From Candidatus Margulisiibacteriota bacterium (GTDB taxonomy: Bacteria > Margulisbacteria > Marinamargulisbacteria > JBFWNS01): 64,000 nucleotides of DNA. Position 1 is the first letter of the stretch. Every line of letters begins with the position of its first letter. Shown one piece after another: positions 58,201-64,000 of this stretch. Below the pieces are notes generated by a model. It saw only the letters and a list, made by a program, of their open reading frames with translations. It had not been told where the DNA came from and searched no databases. Location: positions 1 to 64,000 of the forward strand of contig JBFWNS010000009.1 of assembly GCA_050250935.1 (NCBI GenBank), written 5' to 3'. Position numbers and translations under genes: made by a program.

Positions 58201-60641
58201 ACGTCTCCAAACCCGATGGCTCAAGGCAAAGCATTCAGTATTTCGACAACGCCAACGCCAAAGCCATCACGGATGAAAACGGCAATGTAACGACGTATAT
58301 GTACGATGGAAGAAACAACCTCATCCAAGTGCGCCTGCCCAACTACCGACCCGCCTCGTATGTCTATGGCGCTTTGGGAAATTTACTTTCCGTCACCGAC
58401 CTTCGGGGCATGAAAACCACGTTTAGCTACGACTCGAATGCAAATCTCGTTTCAACAACGTTTCCCGACGGCACCCAAGAATCCAACACCTACGATGTAC
58501 TGGGCAACCTGCTCTCCCACACCGACCCCAACGGCCAAACCACCCGCTACGACACCTACGATTCCCAAAAACGACCCAAAACCGTGTCTTTTTCCGATGG
58601 CACCCTGGTGAACTACACCTATGATGCCGGCTTTAAAGGCAAAGTCTCGGCTATCTCGGTTTCAGGGCCAGATTCCCAGAGTATTTCGTATGCCTACGAT
58701 CCTTTTGGAAACATCATCAAACAAACCAAGTCGCTGGGCAACGAGACCTTTGCGCTGGAGTATCTCTATGACGATTCCGGTCTTTTGCTTAAACAAAAAG
58801 ACCCCCTCTCCGGCAACTGGCAGGAATTTAGCTATGACAGCTTGGGACGGTTGACCCAAATTCAGTTCCCCATCAACGGCAGCCTTCGGCCGGTTGTGAA
58901 TGACATCCGCTACAACAAAGCCAATCTCATGTTGGGCTATGCTTTGCCCCTGTCGAACATCACCGCCACCCAAGGTTTTGACCCCCAAAACGACCGCATT
59001 AAATCCATCACCTTCACCGGCCCCACCTACCTGTCTTACAAGAACCAACAAAACGCTGCTATCCTACAGGCCATGAACAAGTTGAACTTGCCCCAGTTTA
59101 ACCAAGACCCCACAGTCACCGGCAATGCCTTGCCCTATTTCACCCAAACCTACACCTACGACCCCGCCGGCAACCGCACCCAACTGACCCAAAAAGAAGC
59201 CACCGACACCACCCAATTCACCTACGACTACGACCGCATGAACCAGCTGGTTGCTTATGCCATGAAGCTGAACAATTCGGATCCCGTTGAGTTTAAATAC
59301 ACTTACGATGCCCAAGGCAACCGCACACAACTGATGCAAGGCACCACCACCCTCACCACCGATTTCGACACCACCACCAACAAACCCAATGGGTATTGGT
59401 TCGGCACCCAGAAAAACGACGAAAACCACATCGACTTTGTCTACGACAAAAACGGCAACCGAACTGCCAAGCAGCTCAAAACCCCCAAAAACGAGTTGTT
59501 GCTGGACATTACTTATACTTGGAATGCCCAAAACAGGATGACGCGGTATACCCTGAACGGAACAACCCAAACCAATCGTTACCAGTTCTCTGGGCCCAGG
59601 TATGAGAAAAAAGAAACCTCACCGGAAGGCACCGAAACCACCCGTTTTTACCCCGACGACAGTCTTCGACTGCTGAGTGAGAAGATTACCGATGCCAAAG
59701 GCCAGAAAAGTTATGCCTACATTTACCTGGGGACTCAGAAGCTGGCGAGGATTTCTAAGAATGTGGCGACGCAAAAGGATGAGGTCAGTTACTTCCTCAA
59801 TGATGCACTAGGCACGCCCGCTTGGATCACCTACGAACACACAGCTTCTCCCAATGCGCCGGTTTTGGTGAGCCAGAACCTCCGCGATCCTTGGGGGAAT
59901 GAGATGGGTAGTGCGGTGTTCAACCAAACCCCGGTGAGGGATTTTACAGGCAAACAACAAGACACCCTGTCTAACCTCTATGACTTTGGGTTTCGGTATT
60001 ACGACTCCCTCCTGGGAACGTGGATTGGCAAAGATTTGGTTCCGGCCGACTACACCGCACCGTTGAGTTTGAATGAGTATCTTTATGCACTTAATTCGCC
60101 TCTTAGATTTATTGATCCGGATGGGAGAGAAAATTTAGAAGCGGCTAAATTTGCCCGCAATAACCTGGCAAATTTTAAATATGGCAACGAATGGGGTTCT
60201 AAAAATGGTGGGGTAATCCCTGTGAACGCTTTGTTTGATTCTAAGTTAAGTCAAATTGTCTGTAACCAGTTTGTTAGTTTGGCCTATCAAGGAGCAGGTG
60301 AAAAAGATTTTCCTTGGTATGGTAAAAGTGGCAAATGGATTCCGGAAATGCAGGGTTGGTTTAAGGATCATGGTCGATACCTAACCGGTGATGATGTTAA
60401 ATTGAAAAATTTGGAGGTGGGAGACGTAATTTTTACAGCCCGTAGGGGGGCCACTATAGGGCATGTTGCTATAATTGCAGATATAAGATCAGACGGTAGT
60501 TTTTCTATTCAAGGGGCTCATAGCAAGGGGACTGATATTTTAAATGGAACCAATGGCAAACCATTGTATTTTCCTTCAATAGAGAAGTTTAGTCTCTGGT
60601 TTCAGCAAGACATTATTGGGATTGGACAACAAGTAAAATGA
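55200..60641 (+). CDS. Rhs/YD-repeat polymorphic toxin with N-terminal signal peptide and NlpC/P60(CHAP)-like C-terminal toxin
   Basis: MKKRQLILWALVV signal; VDLSSG...TDVSIPGRNG...RTYNS (DUF6531-like); many YD repeats; FTGKQ.D..LYDFGFRYYD...NSPLRFIDPDG core end; CT with VCNQFV...GDVIF...GHVAII. Confidence 0.92.
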   Translation: MKKRQLILWALVVIFSLESLVPAIGSRPLMAAVTSKQAPAKPEINAQGMNLNAFGSVNSGAVDLSSGTFSFDQTDVSIPGRNGMNLTVQRTYNSKEFLSSPKWSKLDGDAFYNDSGESFEKAKWKAATPAQWGGWIGNGWKTNISGRLLYIKFDIAYFRSDWFGANTVQNDKITSEIVIIQTGSGSYSFEHSFKKDKNGVLYDDGAFIARDKGNKNKLVHSVAGFTLTLENGQQYEFREHYYTKSYDMHFNACTDLRSTYTNQDIHNVVMGNYLSYTQDTNGNRISYEYERGNSYSFNHWHKDIHEPFKENTWGRALTTCSEVFDYIDLCESIPKEAVGIYLQLVNQSTAKTSGAGDLPNTTPQQGGSGLNYKAMAISMMKDCLQEAILDKDGNINVNFSRIEVGPIAAKMAKSIAYSKAIEVFCNVVGAVIDAFLPGLGSVVAFLLNNILGSLLADSVSGSADSDISLTPMRPTRIYDNAGNEINIEYVEAAMPAVSKPGSGEYDFLGESDNYSRIAKLTYLGPKGPQEVRYVYDKNGYLIQVVKPGNAIESYAYTFYYPAPQSGGAPTIPDGLSGKSIAFDWDNAKAAKYDNQGALLTQITSATGAQLSLDYDFVQAKSLQKKITDDDDSKLSSFVVTQRKVTGGPISQTWRYDGYSTFATYTPFVNSHADGELPAAGYFSKITVTDPKGNDSTSQFFEGLPVSEINPIGFSTVTLWDPVLRRPLRKVVDQKGFQIITTYSDYDSFGFPQTITETGTNTPTKITKVEYERSPVYLQTNVLNKPKHSWIEADGKRSQDTTFTYDSAGKGNLVQSVLATDAGPAVTAFQVDPYGNVIRSTDPLGRVTTTQYVNGTLVTQTTVQDVNWVTAKTYLPNSALVDTETDLNGNLTTYAYDDRGRVTFKSTQTGYSTAETRFQYNDDPNNLSLSMQIHTSDGRQDKAIEGKFNPFGKLYQLTVSPKGAESLTTKYTYSPTLEILTVTDPLGRTTRYTYDEIDRLTDVSKPDGSRQSIQYFDNANAKAITDENGNVTTYMYDGRNNLIQVRLPNYRPASYVYGALGNLLSVTDLRGMKTTFSYDSNANLVSTTFPDGTQESNTYDVLGNLLSHTDPNGQTTRYDTYDSQKRPKTVSFSDGTLVNYTYDAGFKGKVSAISVSGPDSQSISYAYDPFGNIIKQTKSLGNETFALEYLYDDSGLLLKQKDPLSGNWQEFSYDSLGRLTQIQFPINGSLRPVVNDIRYNKANLMLGYALPLSNITATQGFDPQNDRIKSITFTGPTYLSYKNQQNAAILQAMNKLNLPQFNQDPTVTGNALPYFTQTYTYDPAGNRTQLTQKEATDTTQFTYDYDRMNQLVAYAMKLNNSDPVEFKYTYDAQGNRTQLMQGTTTLTTDFDTTTNKPNGYWFGTQKNDENHIDFVYDKNGNRTAKQLKTPKNELLLDITYTWNAQNRMTRYTLNGTTQTNRYQFSGPRYEKKETSPEGTETTRFYPDDSLRLLSEKITDAKGQKSYAYIYLGTQKLARISKNVATQKDEVSYFLNDALGTPAWITYEHTASPNAPVLVSQNLRDPWGNEMGSAVFNQTPVRDFTGKQQDTLSNLYDFGFRYYDSLLGTWIGKDLVPADYTAPLSLNEYLYALNSPLRFIDPDGRENLEAAKFARNNLANFKYGNEWGSKNGGVIPVNALFDSKLSQIVCNQFVSLAYQGAGEKDFPWYGKSGKWIPEMQGWFKDHGRYLTGDDVKLKNLEVGDVIFTARRGATIGHVAIIADIRSDGSFSIQGAHSKGTDILNGTNGKPLYFPSIEKFSLWFQQDIIGIGQQVK

Positions 60642-61174
60642 GTAAGTTAAAGTTGGTCTTTATGTTAGTACTTAGTAGTTTAATTGTAGGTTTTTCTTAT
60701 GCACCACCATCCGCTAATTTCAAGTCACATTCAGATATTATTTGTGGTCTTAACTATCTTATAAAATCTGATGATTTGACTTTTTTTTCTAAAATCATAT
60801 CTAAAAAAGGAGTAGAATTTGGAGCGGTTGAAGATAAACGTTTTAAGGACGGTTTTGGAGACTATATTTTTTCTAAAAGGGAAATTCAAAAAATAGCAAA
60901 GTATAAAAAACGCTATCCAGATGATAATAGACATCGTCTAACTCCATTAGAATATGAAGCAGTAAGACTTTTTGAGGGAGAAAAAAGCTATTTTTTGAGT
61001 CAATCCAATAAGATCAAAATAAATACGGTAAATGGCCGAACTATTATTGGAAAGATAAATGATAAAAATACTTATCTTGTTGTTAGCTATGGCGAACTTG
61101 GAGAGGCTGGAGCTTATGCTTTTTGGTTTATAAATGAAAATGGTGTATATAGATTAGCTAGATTCTCAAGATAG
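60638..61174 (+). CDS. Putative cognate immunity protein, exported
   Basis: ATGA overlap with the toxin stop; AT-rich; N-terminal signal peptide. Confidence 0.75.
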   Translation: MSKLKLVFMLVLSSLIVGFSYAPPSANFKSHSDIICGLNYLIKSDDLTFFSKIISKKGVEFGAVEDKRFKDGFGDYIFSKREIQKIAKYKKRYPDDNRHRLTPLEYEAVRLFEGEKSYFLSQSNKIKINTVNGRTIIGKINDKNTYLVVSYGELGEAGAYAFWFINENGVYRLARFSR

Positions 61175-61193
61175 GGGTTATGGCTACGATGGC

Positions 61194-62999
61194 ATGGGCA
61201 GACTCACCCAAATCCAGTTCCCCATCAACGGTAGCCTTCGGCCGGTTGTTAATGACATCCGCTACAACAAAGCCAATCTCATGTTGGGCTATGCTTTGCC
61301 CCTGTCGAACATCACCGCCACCCAAGGTTTTGACCCCCAAAACGACCGCATTAAATCCATCGCCTTCACCGGCCCCACCTACCTGTCTTACAAGAACCAA
61401 CAAAACGCTGCTATCCTACAGGCCATGAACAAGTTGAACTTGCCCCAGTTTAACCAAGACCCCACGGTCACCGGCAACGCCTTGCCCTATTTCACCCAAA
61501 CCTACACCTACGACCCCGCCGGCAACCGCACCCAACTGACCCAAAAAGAAGCCGCCGACACCACCCAATTCACCTACGACTACGACCGCATGAACCAGCT
61601 GGTTGCCTATGCCATGAAGGTGAACAACGCCGATCCCGTTGAGTTTAAATACACTTACGATTCCCAAGGCAACCGCACTTCTCTCACACAAGGCACCACC
61701 ACCCTCACCACCGATTTCGACACCACCACCAACAAACCCAATGGCTATTGGTTCGGCACCCAGAAAAACGACGAAAACCACATTGACTTTGTCTACGACA
61801 AAAACGGCAACCGAACAGCCAAGCAGCTCAAAACGCCCAAAAACGAGCTGTTGCTGGACATTACCTATGCCTGGAACGCCCAAAACCGGATGACGCGGTA
61901 TACCCTGAACGGAACAACCCAAACCAATCGTTACCAGTTCTCTGGGCCCAGGTATGAGAAAAAAGAAACCTCGCCGGAAGGCACCGAAACCACCCGCTTT
62001 TACCCGGATGACAGCTTGCGGTTGTTGAGTGAGAAGGTTACGGATGCCAAAGGCCAAAAAAGTTATGCCTACATTTATTTGGGGACTCAGAAGCTGGCCA
62101 GAATCTCTAAAAATGTGGCCTCCCAAAAGGATGAGGTGAGTTATTTCCTGAACGATGCGTTAGGTACTCCGGCGTGGATCACCTACGAGCACACGGCCTC
62201 GCCCAATGCACCTGTTTTGGTGAGCCAAAACCTTCGTGACCCCTGGGGTAATGAAATGGGCAGTACCTTGTTCAACCAAACCCCCGTTCGAGATTTTACT
62301 GGTAAACAACAAGACACCCTCTCCAACCTCTACGACTTTGGGTTTCGTTATTACGATTCCCTCCTGGGGACGTGGATTGGGAAGGATTTGGTTCCGCCGG
62401 ATTACGCTTCGCCTTTGAGTTTGAATGAGTATTTGTTTTGTTTGGACAACCCATTGAAGTATGTGGATTTGGATGGGAGGTTAGCGGTTAGTAGTTATGT
62501 CGGAGTTACGGGGACATATGCTTTTAACACGGTTAGTACCTCAACAGATTTTTTAGGAATCAATGTTAATGGAGCAAAAAGCTCGATGAGCATTTTAGGT
62601 AGTACCTTTAGTCAGAATGGGTTTTCAACTAATCAAAATAAAGTTTCACTAAGCTATTCAATAAATACAAGTAGTCTTTTAGGCGGATCCCTGGATGCTG
62701 GAATTAGCTTTTCTCGTAGTACCCCAATGACATTGGTAGAAACAAAAAGTTTATTTATTGGACTTAAACATCTCGGAGCAAATATTTCTTGGGCAACAAG
62801 TTCCAGAGGATTGGAAAAAGTGTCTATTGGAGGTTCATTGGGGCCTTCGGTAGATTGGCTACCATTTGGAGGAAGTTTGGGTATAGAAAAAACCTTTAAT
62901 GTTCCTCAACTTAATTTAGATTCATCTATTTTTGATAAAACACTTACACCTTTAAACGAACCCATGTATAACAAAGGATTAAATGCGACAGCCAAATGA
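61194..62999 (+). CDS. Orphan rhs-CT cassette 1 (duplicated Rhs core 3' end plus a different Gly/Ser-rich CT)
   Basis: About 61182-62477 is a near-identical, co-linear copy of about 58830-60125 (offset 2352); new sequence follows NPLKYVDLDG. Confidence 0.9.
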   Translation: MGRLTQIQFPINGSLRPVVNDIRYNKANLMLGYALPLSNITATQGFDPQNDRIKSIAFTGPTYLSYKNQQNAAILQAMNKLNLPQFNQDPTVTGNALPYFTQTYTYDPAGNRTQLTQKEAADTTQFTYDYDRMNQLVAYAMKVNNADPVEFKYTYDSQGNRTSLTQGTTTLTTDFDTTTNKPNGYWFGTQKNDENHIDFVYDKNGNRTAKQLKTPKNELLLDITYAWNAQNRMTRYTLNGTTQTNRYQFSGPRYEKKETSPEGTETTRFYPDDSLRLLSEKVTDAKGQKSYAYIYLGTQKLARISKNVASQKDEVSYFLNDALGTPAWITYEHTASPNAPVLVSQNLRDPWGNEMGSTLFNQTPVRDFTGKQQDTLSNLYDFGFRYYDSLLGTWIGKDLVPPDYASPLSLNEYLFCLDNPLKYVDLDGRLAVSSYVGVTGTYAFNTVSTSTDFLGINVNGAKSSMSILGSTFSQNGFSTNQNKVSLSYSINTSSLLGGSLDAGISFSRSTPMTLVETKSLFIGLKHLGANISWATSSRGLEKVSIGGSLGPSVDWLPFGGSLGIEKTFNVPQLNLDSSIFDKTLTPLNEPMYNKGLNATAK

Positions 63000-63313
63000 A
63001 ATTTGAATACTTCTTCCTACTATTTAGCTTTGTTTTAGTTTCTGGATTTTTTATATTGATCTGGTTGCAACTTTGTATTGTTTTAAACATCCTAAAATTT
63101 TTAAAAGCAAATGAAGTCAGCTTTTTTTCTGGCTTTGTTAGCATTAACCCTTTGGAATTTTGGGACGGCAGTGTAAAAAAGAGATTCCCCAAAAAGGCCG
63201 AGTTAGTAGACAAGGTAAAAGATTTTCTTAGACTTCAAATAAAGATCTTTTTGGGAATAATCTTTTTATGCTTTATTACTTTTTTACTAGCAGTTTTTTT
63301 TGTAAAAAAGTAA
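62996..63313 (+). CDS. Putative immunity protein for orphan CT1 (two TM helices)
   Basis: ATGA overlap with the CT1 stop; two strongly hydrophobic segments; very AT-rich. Confidence 0.72.
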   Translation: MKFEYFFLLFSFVLVSGFFILIWLQLCIVLNILKFLKANEVSFFSGFVSINPLEFWDGSVKKRFPKKAELVDKVKDFLRLQIKIFLGIIFLCFITFLLAVFFVKK

Positions 63314-63357
63314 CTATTTTTTGAATACCCGTTGAGTGAAATACATTACCTAGCCAA

Positions 63358-64000
63358 CACACGGCCTCTCCCAATGCACCGGTTTTGGTGAGTCAGAACC
63401 TCCGCGATCCTTGGGGCAATGAAATGGGCAGTACGCTATTCAACCAAACCCCTGTTCGAGACTTTACCGGCAAACAACTCGACACCCTCTCCAACCTCTA
63501 CGACTTTGGCTTCCGCTATTACGACTCCCTCCTGGGGACGTGGATTGGGAAGGACCTTGTTCCGCCGGATTATGCTGCGCCGCTGAGTTTGAATGAGTAT
63601 TTGTATGCGTTGAACTCGCCTCTAAAGTTTATTGATCCGGATGGGAGGTTATTTACCGCAGCTGAGCGCCAAGCTCAACTCGTTAATGCCCAAATTACAA
63701 AATATGGCGCATATACCCAATCATCTAAAGGCATTGTTTCAGACTACCAAAGCGGAAATGTAAAAAATCTAGTGTGTAACCAATATGTTGCACTCACCTA
63801 TAAACTTGCTGGTGAAAGTTCTATTCCTTATGATGGAAACGTTAATCTATTAAAAAAATGGTTTGCGACTGGAGATCCCACGACTCGGGTGTACCTATCC
63901 GGTAATATTTCTATGCAAAATCTAGAAAAAGGCGATGCAGTATTTATGAGTTGGGGCGGAAGCAAAATCCCTACTCACGTTGAAATGGTTAAGGATGTTT
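63358..64000 (+). pseudogene. Orphan rhs-CT cassette 2 (short core remnant plus a second NlpC/P60-like CT), cut by the window end
   Basis: Manual translation HTASPNAPVLVSQNLRDPWGNEMG...NSPLKFIDPDGR...LVCNQYVALTYKLAGE...NLEKGDAVFMSWGGSKIPTHVEMV; in-frame TGA at 63337 upstream; not in the ORF track. Confidence 0.85.

Noticed and set aside
55200..60641. Assigning the Rhs toxin to T6SS or to CdiAB two-partner secretion
   Set aside because: No PAAR, VgrG or Eag chaperone recognised, and no CdiB/POTRA or haemagglutinin repeats; a T6SS elsewhere in the genome cannot be excluded
55350..62126. Val/Gly-rich minus-strand ORFs opposite the rhs genes (e.g. 57426-58016, 61416-62126)
   Set aside because: A by-product of C-ending Thr/Tyr/Asp codon bias in the Rhs core
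1..64000. tRNA, rRNA, CRISPR array, transposase or integrase
   Set aside because: None recognised by eye; intergenic gaps are short. A covariance-model search was not possible.

Overview
Bacterial chromosomal window with two halves. About 1-30.6 kb is a compact housekeeping region: GuaB3-type IMP dehydrogenase, lytic transglycosylase, an ABC exporter fused to a degenerate GGDEF domain, DJ-1, gcvT, hisC, an ABC pair, an LptC/OstA protein, TrmJ, a DUF4139-like protein, trpF/C, cysE, argF/B/J/C, rplS-trmD-ylqD-khpA-rpsP, trpA/B, rpsA, purB, two PP2C-type proteins and tsaD. Gene order and content suggest a diderm Terrabacteria lineage, possibly Margulisbacteria or another cyanobacterial sister group (inference only). 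From 30.7 kb to the end is one co-oriented, tightly packed surface/toxin locus. In order it encodes: a signal-peptide ORF and a large beta-barrel ORF with a SprA-like motif, which become one 1434-aa protein if an A10 tract is read as A9; a PorV-like barrel; a LolA-like protein; a 5758-aa Ig-repeat protein with 567-bp tandem repeats and a T9SS-type-A-like C-terminal domain; a 122-nt palindromic element; an NHL protein; a signal-peptide-bearing Rhs toxin with an NlpC/P60-like tip and its immunity gene; and at least two orphan rhs-CT cassettes. This minimal T9SS-like export system linked to a giant stalk protein and a polymorphic toxin array is the best candidate for an undescribed system. All family assignments come from motif recognition by eye; no database searches were run.
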